From NCBI GenBank assembly GCA_963709345.1, contig CAVPVX010000001.1, positions 160,001 through 224,000 on the forward strand: a stretch of DNA of 64,000 nt, read 5' to 3'. Source of the stretch: an uncultured Actinomycetes bacterium. GTDB taxonomy: Bacteria > Actinomycetota > Thermoleophilia > UBA2241. Position numbers and translations under genes: made by a program. The notes under the pieces are model-generated. The model searched no databases, had not been told where the DNA came from, and saw nothing but the letters and a program-made list of their open reading frames with translations. Positions 51,107-60,803 of this stretch are shown here, piece after piece (position 1 is the stretch's first letter; every line of letters begins with the position of its first letter).

Positions 51107-51526
51107 TCAGACGTCCAGAAGGACGAACCCCTCCCAGCCACCCTCGCGCTTCTCAAGGGCGAGGGCGTGCAGGGTCGCCGCCTTGACGCCGCCGCAGAGG
51201 ACGTGGCGATCGCCGTCCATGAGTTCACCCGTGACCCGGGCGCGCAGGCTCTTCTCGCCCACCTCGAGCACCTCGAACCGGGTGAGCACCAGCCGGCGCG
51301 CCTCGAAGATGTACAGCAACTCGTTGAGCCAGGCCGCCAGCAGCAGATCCTGTGCCTCCGCCTTGAGCGTGACCTCGACGGACTCGCGCTCGTCCACTTC
51401 GCGCGGGTCGCAGACCAGCGAGAAGAGAGCGCGCGCCGCCTGCTCGAAGACGTCGGCCTGCGTCGCGCCCCAGGCGTGCACGCCGATGTCGGCGGTGTGC
51501 TCGATCAGTTCGTATCCCGCGCCCAT
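51107..51526 (-). CDS. Archease
   Basis: EHTADIG, VKAATLH, C-terminal LDV. Confidence 0.93.
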   Translation of the reverse strand: MGAGYELIEHTADIGVHAWGATQADVFEQAARALFSLVCDPREVDERESVEVTLKAEAQDLLLAAWLNELLYIFEARRLVLTRFEVLEVGEKSLRARVTGELMDGDRHVLCGGVKAATLHALALEKREGGWEGFVLLDV

Positions 51527-51619
51527 AGGCGGACTCTACCCCTTCCGGGAGCGGAGCAGGCCGTCGAGCCGGGGCGCAGAATCGTCTGGAGGTACGGGGA
51601 GCGGGAAGGGAGGCGCCCG

Positions 51620-51787
51620 ATGGCTGGCAGAACGACCTACTGGCTGGCGGTCGGCGACATGGTCGCCGGCGTCGTCGTCGGCTTCTACGCGTGGTTCGAG
51701 GGACCGGGGTGGCTCGCGCTCGTCGGCGCGGCGCTCGTCGTCGGCGGAGCGGTCACGATCCTGGTCACGCGGTCGCTCCGGGTCTGA
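51620..51787 (+). CDS. Small two-TM membrane protein
   Basis: ATG after GGGAGG; hydrophobic 55-aa product. Confidence 0.6.
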   Translation: MAGRTTYWLAVGDMVAGVVVGFYAWFEGPGWLALVGAALVVGGAVTILVTRSLRV

Positions 51788-51862
51788 CCGGGGCGTGAGG
51801 GCGGGCCAAGAGGCGCGGGGCCCGGCCGACCGGAGTGCGGGACAGGACGCCGGGAGACTCCG

Positions 51863-52816
51863 TCAGGCGACCACCGTGGCGCCGGCGGCGGAGGCGCCGA
51901 GGCCGAGCGGGATCGCCGTGACGCCCTCACCGGCGAACGCGTCGGCCATCGCGCGGGCGATACGCAACGCGTCGGTCGCGAGGGCGACGAAGGCGACAAG
52001 GCTTGGCCCCGACCCGGACACCGCGACTGCCGCGGCGCCGGCCTCCAGGGCGGCCAGCCAAGCCGTACGGGCGCCCGGGATGAGCCTGAGGCGGGCGGCC
52101 TGGTGCAGCCGGTCGTCCATCACCTGGCTGAGCAGGTCGTAGTCGCCGGTGCGCAGCGCCTCCACCACGAGCGGCGTGCGCTGCAGGTTGAACACGGCGT
52201 CCTTCATCGACACGTGCGTGGGCAGGTCGGCTCGTGCCGAGCGCGTGCTGAACGGGACGTCGGGCACGGCGAGGGCGACCCTGACCTCGGGCACCAGGAT
52301 CCTCTTGGTGAGCAGGCGGTCGCCCTGCTGCACCACGATCGTCAGGCCGCCGAGCAGGGCCGCCGCGACGTTGTCGGGATGGCCCTCGATGTCGGCGGCA
52401 AGCTCCAGTATCCGGGTGAGGTCGAACGGCCGGCCCAGCAGCGCGTTCGCGCCGAGGAGGCCGGCCGCCACCGCAGTCGAGCTCGAGCCGAGCCCCGACG
52501 ACGTCGGCACGCGGATGTCGCAGTGGATGTGCAGGCCGGCGGGAGCGGCTACGCCGGCCGCCTCGCAGAGCCGCGCGTACACCTGCGCGACCAGGTTGCG
52601 CGCGTCGCGCGGCAGCCCGGCGCCGTGCTCACCCGCCACGTCCACCACGACGCCGTCGCCCTCGAGCGTGAAGCGCACGTCGTTCCACAGGTCGAGCGCG
52701 AGGCCCAGACAGTCGAAGCCGGGGCCGAGGTTCGCCGTCGTGGCGGGCACGCGGACCCGGCAGGTCGCGCCGGCGGCGGCGGGGCTCCCGCCGGCGCCTG
52801 CGGCCGCGGCGTTCAT
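51863..52816 (-). CDS. thrB: Homoserine kinase
   Basis: VPATTANLGPGFDCLG, GLGSS, EGHPDN, DRLHQ, SGSGP. Confidence 0.95.
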   Translation of the reverse strand: MNAAAAGAGGSPAAAGATCRVRVPATTANLGPGFDCLGLALDLWNDVRFTLEGDGVVVDVAGEHGAGLPRDARNLVAQVYARLCEAAGVAAPAGLHIHCDIRVPTSSGLGSSSTAVAAGLLGANALLGRPFDLTRILELAADIEGHPDNVAAALLGGLTIVVQQGDRLLTKRILVPEVRVALAVPDVPFSTRSARADLPTHVSMKDAVFNLQRTPLVVEALRTGDYDLLSQVMDDRLHQAARLRLIPGARTAWLAALEAGAAAVAVSGSGPSLVAFVALATDALRIARAMADAFAGEGVTAIPLGLGASAAGATVVA

Positions 52817-53463
52817 GCCTCGTCCCCGTAGTCCGCCGGGCCGGGACCCCCGGGCCGGCGTCCCCTCCTCCACTTCACGAACGCCCCCACGACGATCGCG
52901 ACCAACGCCGCGACCACCACGTAGTCGGCGTAGTGCAGGTACGGGCGCAGATCCTCCCAGTGAGCGCCGAGCCGCGTGCCCAACCAGCCGAGAAAGAAGA
53001 CCCAGGGGACGCAGCCGAGCGTGGTGTACAAGGTGAACTTCCAGAACGGCATTCTGGCGATGCCCGCCGGCAACGAGATGAACGTGCGCACGATCGGCAG
53101 GCAGCGGCTGAAGAAGACGACCGGCGGCCCGTACTTGGCGAACCAGCGCTCCGCCAGCTCCACGTGGTGGTGGCGGAGCAGCACGTACTTGCCCCACCTG
53201 TCGATGAAGGGGCGGCCGCCGTAGAGGCCGACCCAGTAGGCGATCCACGAGCCGACGACGTTGCCGGCCACGCCGGCGACGGTGATGCCGAAGAGGGTCA
53301 TGGCGCCCTCGGTCACCGCGAAGCCGGCGAAGGGCATGATCGCCTCGCTCGGCACGGGGATGCAGGCGCTCTCGAGCAGCATCAGGAAGAAGACGGCCGG
53401 CAGGCCCCAGTCGCCGATGAGGCCCGTCGCCCACTGCACGACGATGTCGATGATTGAGGTCAC
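52813..53463 (-). CDS. DedA family membrane protein
   Basis: ESACIPVPSE, SRCLPIVRTFISLPAG. Confidence 0.93.
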   Translation of the reverse strand: MTSIIDIVVQWATGLIGDWGLPAVFFLMLLESACIPVPSEAIMPFAGFAVTEGAMTLFGITVAGVAGNVVGSWIAYWVGLYGGRPFIDRWGKYVLLRHHHVELAERWFAKYGPPVVFFSRCLPIVRTFISLPAGIARMPFWKFTLYTTLGCVPWVFFLGWLGTRLGAHWEDLRPYLHYADYVVVAALVAIVVGAFVKWRRGRRPGGPGPADYGDEA

Positions 53464-53596
53464 GCGCGCAAGAGTACCGCACGCGGCGCATCAGCGGCGA
53501 ACACCGCGCGCGAGGACCGCCCGCCAGGTAGCCCATCTCCGGCGGCCTGTGGTAGGTTCCGGGCCCGACATCTCCCGCCGCAAGGAGGCGCATCGC

Positions 53597-54694
53597 ATGG
53601 CCGTCGGACTCATGGACATCAAGGGGCAGTACGCCGAGCTGCAGGACCGCATCGAGCAAGCCGTGCTGGACGTGCTGCGCAGCGGCCGCGTCATCCTCGG
53701 GCCGAACGTCAAGAGCTTCGAAGAGGAGGCCTCCGCGTACATGGGCACTTCGGGGTCCGTCGGCGTCGCCAACGGCACCGACGGCCTCACCATCGCGCTG
53801 CGCGCGCTGGGGATCGGCGCCGGCGACGAAGTGATCACGGTGCCGTTCACCTTCTACGCCACGGCCGAGGCCATCGCCCAGTCCGGGGCGAAGCCGGTGT
53901 TCGTCGACATCCTGCCCGACACGCTCTGCATCGACCCCACCGGCGTCAAGGCCGCGATCACGCCGCGCACCAAGGCGATCATGCCGGTCGACCTCTTCGG
54001 CCTGCCGGCCGACTCCGACGCCGTCCGTGCGGTGGCCGAGGCCCGCGGCATCGCCATCGTCGAGGACGCCTGCCAGGCATGGGGCGCGACCTACTTCGGG
54101 CGTCGCGCCGGCAGCCTCGGCGACCTGGGTGTCTTCAGTTTCTTCCCGACCAAGAACCTCGGCGGGTACGGCGACGGCGGGCTCGTCACCGGCCATAGCG
54201 AGGTGCTCGTGCAGCGCGCCCGGGAGCTTCGCTTCCACGGCAGCAAGGACAAGAAGACGTTCACCGACATCGGCTTCAACTCGCGGCTCGACGAACTGCA
54301 GGCCGCGATCCTGCGCATCGAGCTCGGGGTGATCGACGAGTGGAACGGCCGGCGCGCCCTGGTCGCGGAGTGGTACGACCAGTACCTGCCCGACGAGGTC
54401 ATGCGCCCGGCCGTGCCCGACGGCATCACCCACGTCTACCACCTGTACGTGATCCGCCACCCCGAGCGCGACGCCATCGCCGCGGCGTGCAAAGAGCGTC
54501 ACGTCGACTGCGCCGCCTACTACACGACGCCGCTGCACCTGCAGCCGGCCTTCGCCGACCAGGGTCACAAGCTCGGCGACTTCCCGAACACGGATGAGGC
54601 CGCGGCGCGTAACCTCGCCCTGCCGATGCACCCGAACCTCACCGAGGAGCAGGTCCAGGAGGTAGCCGCGGCCGTCGCCGCCGGGCTCGCCTGA
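53597..54694 (+). CDS. DegT/DnrJ/EryC1/StrS sugar aminotransferase
   Basis: ANGTD, EDACQA, SFFPTKNLG.YGDGG, NSRLDELQAA. Confidence 0.95.
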   Translation: MAVGLMDIKGQYAELQDRIEQAVLDVLRSGRVILGPNVKSFEEEASAYMGTSGSVGVANGTDGLTIALRALGIGAGDEVITVPFTFYATAEAIAQSGAKPVFVDILPDTLCIDPTGVKAAITPRTKAIMPVDLFGLPADSDAVRAVAEARGIAIVEDACQAWGATYFGRRAGSLGDLGVFSFFPTKNLGGYGDGGLVTGHSEVLVQRARELRFHGSKDKKTFTDIGFNSRLDELQAAILRIELGVIDEWNGRRALVAEWYDQYLPDEVMRPAVPDGITHVYHLYVIRHPERDAIAAACKERHVDCAAYYTTPLHLQPAFADQGHKLGDFPNTDEAAARNLALPMHPNLTEEQVQEVAAAVAAGLA

Positions 54695-54745
54695 CGGCCC
54701 CCGGCGCTGCAGGCGTCGCCGGCGCCGCGCCGAAGCCTTGACGCG

Positions 54746-55840
54746 GTGAGGATCTGGGTCGACATCACCGACGGCTCGGCGGTCGTCTTCTTCGCGCCCA
54801 TCGTGCGGCGGCTCGAAGAGGGCGGCCACACGGTGACGCTCACGGCGCGCCGCTTCGCCGGCGCCGACCTCATCCTGCGGCGCTACGGCCTCGGCGGCGT
54901 GCTCACGACCCAGCACCGCGGCGGGAGCCTGGGTACCCGCGCCGTCGGGCTCGTCAACCGCACGGCGCAGCTCCTCGTCTCGGCCTCGAGCGGCCACTTC
55001 GACGTGGCCGCCGGCAGCCACGCCAGCGACTTCGTGCTCACCGCCTGGACGCTGGCGATCCCCCAGATGACCTTCCTCGACGACGAACGCCTGGGGCGCG
55101 GCAACGCAGTCAGCGCGCGGCTCGTCGACGAGATCGCCGTGCCCGACGCCGTACCTGCGGCTTCACTCGCCGCCCTCGGCGTACCGCAGCAGAAGGCCTG
55201 GCTCTACCCGGGCTTCAAGGAGGAGTACTACCTGCACGACGCGCGACCCGACCCCGAGGCGCTGCGTCGTCTCGGGGTCGACCGCCGCCGCATCGTCGGA
55301 GTGGTGCGCCCGGCCGCATCCGGCTCGCCCTCGCCCGGCGGCTCGGCGGCGGCCGGGGAAACGGCGCTCGGAGAGCTCCTGCGGGAGCTCGCCGGCCGGC
55401 GCCGCGTGACCCTCGTCGTCGTGGCGCGCGACCGCGAGCAGCGGCGGCGCTTTCTGGCGCTCGAGCTTCCGGGCGTGCTCGTGCCCGACGGCCCGGTGGA
55501 CGGCGTAGGGCTGCTGGCAGCCGCCGACTTCATGCTGGGGCTCGAGGGCGCAATGACGCGCGAGGCGGCGGCGCTCGGCACCCCCGCCTACACGTTCTCG
55601 CAGCGGCGGGCGACGGCTGTCGACGCGACGCTGCTCGCGGACGGGCGCCTGAAGCGTGCGACCGGGCCCGACGACGTCGCCCTTCGCAAGAAGGACACGC
55701 GCACGGCGGCCTTCGCCCCGCGCGACCCCGGGCTCTTCGCCGGCCGGCTCCTCCACCTGGCCGGCCGAGACTTCCGGCGAGCCCGCCGCGGCCGCCTCAT
55801 CCAGGACGCCACCGACGAGCCGCCAACGCCACTCGTCTGA
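54746..55840 (+). CDS. DUF354 family (glycosyltransferase-like) protein
   Basis: MRIWVD, YPGFKEEYYL, REAAALGTP. Confidence 0.82.
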   Translation: MRIWVDITDGSAVVFFAPIVRRLEEGGHTVTLTARRFAGADLILRRYGLGGVLTTQHRGGSLGTRAVGLVNRTAQLLVSASSGHFDVAAGSHASDFVLTAWTLAIPQMTFLDDERLGRGNAVSARLVDEIAVPDAVPAASLAALGVPQQKAWLYPGFKEEYYLHDARPDPEALRRLGVDRRRIVGVVRPAASGSPSPGGSAAAGETALGELLRELAGRRRVTLVVVARDREQRRRFLALELPGVLVPDGPVDGVGLLAAADFMLGLEGAMTREAAALGTPAYTFSQRRATAVDATLLADGRLKRATGPDDVALRKKDTRTAAFAPRDPGLFAGRLLHLAGRDFRRARRGRLIQDATDEPPTPLV

Positions 55841-55894
55841 GCGTCTGCCCGCCCGCAGGCAGCCCGCCCACTGGCTCCGGCGAGGCATCCTGAG

Positions 55895-55909
55895 ATAAGG
55901 TTCGCTTAT
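55895..55909. promoter_or_regulatory. LysR T-N11-A palindrome overlapping the lysR start
   Basis: ATAAG-GTTCG-CTTAT. Confidence 0.65.
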
Positions 55910-56810
55910 GGACATCCGTCAGATCAGGCTCTTCTGCCGCATCGTCGACCGTCGCAGCTTCTCGCTCGCCGCCGACGAGGTGCACATCACGCAGCCGGCC
56001 GCGAGCCAGCAGATCCGAAGTCTGGAGCGCGAGCTCAAGACGACCCTGCTCGACCGCTCGCGCCGCACCGTCGTGCCCACGGACTCGGGGCAGGTCCTCT
56101 ACCGGTACGGCCGTGAGATCCTCGGCCTCCACGAGCGCGCCTGCACGGAGATCCTCGACCTCGGCGAGCTGGTCGCAGGCCACATCAAGGTCGGCGCCTC
56201 CACCGGCCCGGGGGAGCACGTGCTGCCGGGCATGCTCACGAGGTTCAAGCGAGAGTACCCGGGGATCTCGATCACGCTGAACGTGGACGATACGCACGCC
56301 GTGATCGAGCGTGTGCTCTCTCGGGAATTCGAGGTAGGGGCGGTCGGCGCCGTGACGCCGCGGCCGGAACTGGTCGCGGAGCCGCTCGCGCGCGACGAAC
56401 TCGTGCTGGTCTGCAACCCGAGCCACCCCTGGGCGAAGCGCGACCAGGTGACGTTGGGCGATCTGGCCGGCGAACCACACATCATGCAGCAGAAGGGCGC
56501 GGGCGTGCGCACCGTCCTCGAGAACCACCTGCGGCGCGCCGGCGTCCGCCCCGAGAAGCTCAACGTGGTCATGGAGATGGGCCTCATGGAGTCGGCCAAA
56601 CAGGCGGCCATCTCCGGCGGCGGCGTCACCTTCGTCAGCCGCTGGGCGATCGGCCCCGAGCTCGACTACGGGTCTCTGACCGTCGTGCCCGTCGAGGGCT
56701 TCAGGATCCTGCGCGACTTCTACAGCGTGCGCTCGAAGACGCGAGTGCTGAGCAAGGCCGCCGAAACCCTGCTCGCCTACTTCCGCGAGCAGTACGCGGC
56801 GGCCGGCTGA
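55908..56810 (+). CDS. LysR family regulator (CysL/CmpR-like)
   Basis: SFSLAA...TQPAASQQIRSLE HTH; GASTGPGEHVLP. Confidence 0.93.
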   Translation: MDIRQIRLFCRIVDRRSFSLAADEVHITQPAASQQIRSLERELKTTLLDRSRRTVVPTDSGQVLYRYGREILGLHERACTEILDLGELVAGHIKVGASTGPGEHVLPGMLTRFKREYPGISITLNVDDTHAVIERVLSREFEVGAVGAVTPRPELVAEPLARDELVLVCNPSHPWAKRDQVTLGDLAGEPHIMQQKGAGVRTVLENHLRRAGVRPEKLNVVMEMGLMESAKQAAISGGGVTFVSRWAIGPELDYGSLTVVPVEGFRILRDFYSVRSKTRVLSKAAETLLAYFREQYAAAG

Positions 56811-57003
56811 CCTCCGGTCCGGCCGAATCGGCGGCGGCCGCAACGGCTGCGTCGAGGTGAAGGGACGCCGCCGGACCGACGGCCTCCGGGTTCCCGCAAC
56901 TATTCAAATTTCGTATTCCACCAGGATCGTGTATCAGGCCAGCTAATGCCGCGGGCACGTGCAGGCGTGGCCCGGCGGGTGCGACCGCGCGGCCTCCTTC
57001 TTC

Positions 57004-57047
57004 ATTCCGGAACCTTATTTGACAGATAATCTGAGCCTGCCCATACT
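57004..57047 (+). promoter_or_regulatory. Promoter of the tauE-comA operon with adjacent LysR-like box
   Basis: ATTCCGGAACCTTAT abuts TTGACA-17 bp-CATACT; second box ATTCAAATTTCGTAT at 56902-56916. Confidence 0.7.
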
Positions 57048-57138
57048 CACGCCCATTCGGGGCGCCGGTCCCGCTTCGCGCGGGCTCCGCCCAGCGCGGA
57101 CTCGTGCGGCGACCGCCGCCCGCAAGCCCAGGGGGCAG

Positions 57139-58167
57139 ATGACCGAGAGTGAGAGCACAGCCGTAGCCGTCGAAGGGGCGCCGGGCGCACCGGCGCGGGA
57201 TGAGGCCGCGCAGGCAGCCCCCGACGACGACGTCTTCGACCCGGACATCGACGACACGATTCCTCCGTTCCGGCCCGGGCCCGAGCCGACGGGTGTCGGT
57301 TCGAGCGCCTGGCTGAAACGCTGGGCGCTCGGCATGAGCGGGTGGGCCGTCGTCGTCGTGGTCGCCTACCTCACGCTCGGGGGCGAGCTGAACGGCTACC
57401 TGACCATCACCGGCCTCTTCGTCGGCTTCCTGGTCGGGCTGACCGGCATGGGCGGCGGCGCGCTCATGACCCCGGTGCTGATCTTCTTCTTCGGGTTCTC
57501 CCCCACGATGGCGATCGGCACCGACGTCACCTATGCCGCCGTCACTAAGGTCTTCGGCTCGTGGAAGCATTGGAAGCAGGGCTCGGTCGACGTGCCGCTC
57601 GCCCTCTGGCTGGCCCTGGGCAGCATCCCCGCGTCACTCGCCGGCGTCGCCGCCGTGGCCTACGTCAAGAGCACCTACGGCGACCTGGTCAACCACATCC
57701 TCTACCGGGCGATCGGCTCGGCGCTGATGCTGGTGGGCGTCCTGCTCATCGTCAAGGTCGTGCTGCATGTCGACCAGCGGCACCGACGCGAGAACATCAC
57801 GATGACCACCCGCCTCAAAGTGATGACGGTGTGCCTCGGCATAGGGACCGGCTTCGTGATCGGCCTCACCTCGGTCGGCAGCGGTACGCTGCTGGCCGTC
57901 TTCCTGATCCTCTTCTATCCGCTCACGACGGACCGGATCGTCGGCACCGACGTCTTCCACGCGATGATCCTTCTGACCATCACCGGTCTCGCGCAGATCG
58001 GCGTCGGCAACGTCGACCTGTGGATGGTGACGGCGCTGCTCATGGGCTCGATCCCCGGAGTGCTGCTCGGCTCGCAGCTCACGGTCCACGCCCCCACCCG
58101 CATGCTCCGCGGCATCCTCGCCGCCGTCCTCTTCCTCAGCGGGCTCGCGCTGCTCTTCAAGAGTTGA
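57139..58167 (+). CDS. Sulfite exporter TauE/SafE family
   Basis: GLTGMGGGALMTP, AIGTD, GLTSVGSG, VGTD.FHA. Confidence 0.92.
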   Translation: MTESESTAVAVEGAPGAPARDEAAQAAPDDDVFDPDIDDTIPPFRPGPEPTGVGSSAWLKRWALGMSGWAVVVVVAYLTLGGELNGYLTITGLFVGFLVGLTGMGGGALMTPVLIFFFGFSPTMAIGTDVTYAAVTKVFGSWKHWKQGSVDVPLALWLALGSIPASLAGVAAVAYVKSTYGDLVNHILYRAIGSALMLVGVLLIVKVVLHVDQRHRRENITMTTRLKVMTVCLGIGTGFVIGLTSVGSGTLLAVFLILFYPLTTDRIVGTDVFHAMILLTITGLAQIGVGNVDLWMVTALLMGSIPGVLLGSQLTVHAPTRMLRGILAAVLFLSGLALLFKS

Positions 58168-58248
58168 CGCTCGCCCGAGGCGGGCCGCCGGTCTGGTACC
58201 ATCTGTCGAGGGCCGTGAAAAGCGGCGCGCGACCACGGAGGATGACCG

Positions 58249-59001
58249 ATGTTCGAGTTCCTGGCGCTCCCCGATCGCACCGCGAAGCCGCGCGAGAGCG
58301 GGCTCACGCACGTGCTCGACAAGGGGTACAGCCTCGACCAGGTGCGCCAGTTCCTCGAGGTGGCCGAGGGCTACGTGGACATCGTCAAGCTCGGGTGGGG
58401 GACCGCGGTCGTCACGCCCAACGTCAAGGAGAAGATCACCCTCTACCAGAGCTTCGGCATCCCCGTGTGCTTCGGCGGCACCTTCTTCGAGGTCTGCTTG
58501 CGACAGAACAGGCTTGAGGAGTTCCTGGCCGCCGTGCGCGAGTGCGAGATGGACTACGTGGAGGTCTCCGACGGCACGATCGATATCGACGAAGCGGACA
58601 AGCTCGCGATCCTGCGCCGGCTCAGCCGGGAGTTCAGGGTACTCAGCGAAGTCGGCAGCAAGGACGAGGCCTCCGTCATCGCCCCTTTCAAGTGGGTCGA
58701 CAGCATCAAGCGCGAGCTCGACGCCGGCGCCTGGAAGGTGATCGCTGAGGGTCGCGAGTCGGGGACCGTCGGCATCTACCAGCCGGGAGGAGAAGTCAAG
58801 GAAGGCCTGCTCGACGAGATCCAGAGCGCGGTCGACCCGGCGCAGCTCCTCTTCGAGGCGCCGATCAAGCAGCAGCAGACCTGGTTCATCAAGAAGTTCG
58901 GACCGAACGTGAACCTCGGCAACATCCCGCCCGAAGAAGTGATCTCGGTCGAGACCCTGCGTGTGGGCGTACGCAGCGACACGCTGCTCGACTTCCACTG
59001 A
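58249..59001 (+). CDS. comA: Phosphosulfolactate synthase
   Basis: KPRESGLTHVLDKG, KLGWGT, GGTFFE, EVSDG, SEVGSK, EGRESG, FEAP, VNLGNI, ETLR. Confidence 0.95.
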   Translation: MFEFLALPDRTAKPRESGLTHVLDKGYSLDQVRQFLEVAEGYVDIVKLGWGTAVVTPNVKEKITLYQSFGIPVCFGGTFFEVCLRQNRLEEFLAAVRECEMDYVEVSDGTIDIDEADKLAILRRLSREFRVLSEVGSKDEASVIAPFKWVDSIKRELDAGAWKVIAEGRESGTVGIYQPGGEVKEGLLDEIQSAVDPAQLLFEAPIKQQQTWFIKKFGPNVNLGNIPPEEVISVETLRVGVRSDTLLDFH

Positions 59002-59003
59002 CC

Positions 59004-59624
59004 GTGCCGCCCGGACGCCCGCTCGCGCGACTCCTGCTCATCCGCCACGGCCAGACCGACTGGAACCTCGAGCCGGCGCGATGCCAGGGCTGGGCCGAGG
59101 TGGAACTCAACGAGGCCGGCCGCGCACAGGCGCGCGACCAGGGTCGCGCGCTCCGAGGGCGCGGCCTCCAGCTCATCGTCACCAGCCACCTGCTGCGCGC
59201 CTGCGAGACCGCCGACCTGATCCACGCCGAGCTCGGCGGTGACCTGCCGCTCGTCGTGGATCCCCGTCTCGCCGAGACGCACCGCGGCGAGTGGGAGACG
59301 CGCCTCTTCGCGGACATCGTCCGCGAGGAGGCCGAGACCTGGCGCGCGTACCAAGAGCGCCCCGAGGGCTTCCGCTTCCCGGCCGGCGAGAGCCTCGCCG
59401 AGCAGCAGCGCCGGGTGCTCGCCTGCCTGCGCGACTGCGCGCTCGACGGTCGCAGCGCGCTCCTCGTCACTCACGGGGGCAGCATCCGCCTCACGCGCTG
59501 CTTCATGGAGGGTCGCGGCATCCACGCCTTCCACACGACGAAGACAGCCAACGGCGGCGTCGATGAGGTCGCCACCAGCGGCCTCGCCGAGCGCATCGAC
59601 GACTTCCTGGCGCCGGACGGCTGA
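59004..59624 (+). CDS. Histidine phosphatase family protein
   Basis: RHGQTDWN, S.L.RA.ETA, GES, VTHGG. Confidence 0.92.
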   Translation: MPPGRPLARLLLIRHGQTDWNLEPARCQGWAEVELNEAGRAQARDQGRALRGRGLQLIVTSHLLRACETADLIHAELGGDLPLVVDPRLAETHRGEWETRLFADIVREEAETWRAYQERPEGFRFPAGESLAEQQRRVLACLRDCALDGRSALLVTHGGSIRLTRCFMEGRGIHAFHTTKTANGGVDEVATSGLAERIDDFLAPDG

Positions 59625-59635
59625 GGACGGGCGCC

Positions 59636-60793
59636 GTGAGACCGCCCGAGAGCGCGGGAGGCGGCGGGCCCTTCGGCAAGCGCAAGGCCCGGGTGATACC
59701 CGACCCGCCGGAGATGGATGAGGCGCAGGGTCGGCGGGCCTTCTGGTTCGTCCTCGTGCTGCTCGCCGTCACAGCGCCGGCGATGGCTGGCGTGGTCACG
59801 CTCAACGTGGTGGCCGACCCGTACGGCACCGTCGGCACTCGTTTCTTCCCGACGGTGACGGCATCGGACCGGACGGTCAAGGCGGACAAGATCGAAGAGC
59901 TGAAGGAGCCTCCCGAACTTGTCGTGCTCGGCAGCTCACGCTCCATGCGCTACGAACCGTCCTATCTCGAGGAGAAGACGGGGCTGCGGACCTTCAACGC
60001 CGGCGTCAACGGCATCGGCGGCATCGCCGATGCGTGGGCGATGACGCAGTTCATCCACGAGACCTGGCCCGACGCGCGCCCCGCCTACCTGTGGTTCATC
60101 GACGTCGAGTCGTACGTGCCCTTCGAGATCGGCGTCCGCACCGCAGGCGAGCCGCGGCTGGCGCGATTCGTCGATCAGGCGTCGGCCGGCGAGGGAGCGC
60201 GACGGCTCGCGACGGCCGTCTGGGAGAACCGCTCGACCATGTGCTCACTCGCTACTGCCTGGGAGTCGGGGCGTCTCCTCCTCTTCCGCAAGAAGGCGAA
60301 GGTGGAGCAGACGAAGTATCGCAAGCGGATCCTGGACGACGGCGCCCTCAAGCAGCGTCGCTGGAGCGAGAGGGAGTGGAAGCGCCGCTGGGTCGACTCC
60401 CGCGAGCGCTACACCGAACTCTACGCGACCATCTACGAGAGGATGGACCCCAGGACCGAGGAGTACTTCGAGAAGACGCTCGAGTTCATGAACGAGCAAG
60501 GCGCGGCTCCCCTCGTCGTGCTCACGCCCATCAACCCCAAACTGCGCAGGATCCTCGTCCCCCTGGGCTGGAACGAGCGCCACGAGCAGGTGACGGCGTA
60601 TATCGAAGCACAGCAGAGCGTGTACGACTTGACGTTCCTCGACATGACCGACCCGACGGTCTTCGGCTTCGATCCCACGCAGTGGTACGACGGCGTACAC
60701 ATGACGGCGATCAACACGCGGCCCGCGATCGACCACGTCCTCGAGCAGACCGGCGGCGTGCCGCCGGTCGAGCCGGCGGCGAGCGGGGACTAG
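59636..60793 (+). CDS. SGNH/DltD-like extracellular acyl-transfer partner
   Basis: TM anchor, DPYG, LGSSR, FNAG, YDGVH; adjacent to the MBOAT gene. Confidence 0.7.
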   Translation: MRPPESAGGGGPFGKRKARVIPDPPEMDEAQGRRAFWFVLVLLAVTAPAMAGVVTLNVVADPYGTVGTRFFPTVTASDRTVKADKIEELKEPPELVVLGSSRSMRYEPSYLEEKTGLRTFNAGVNGIGGIADAWAMTQFIHETWPDARPAYLWFIDVESYVPFEIGVRTAGEPRLARFVDQASAGEGARRLATAVWENRSTMCSLATAWESGRLLLFRKKAKVEQTKYRKRILDDGALKQRRWSEREWKRRWVDSRERYTELYATIYERMDPRTEEYFEKTLEFMNEQGAAPLVVLTPINPKLRRILVPLGWNERHEQVTAYIEAQQSVYDLTFLDMTDPTVFGFDPTQWYDGVHMTAINTRPAIDHVLEQTGGVPPVEPAASGD

Positions 60794-60803
60794 GGCCGGC
60801 GGC

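Noticed and set aside
55908-56810. LysR gene as cbbR for cbbM
   Set aside because: It is 40 kb away, has candidate boxes at its own start and at tauE-comA, and no clear AT-rich T-N11-A box was seen upstream of cbbM.
58249-59001. comA as evidence for coenzyme M synthesis or methanogenesis
   Set aside because: No comB/C/DE or xcb genes in the window; comA alone is widespread in bacteria.
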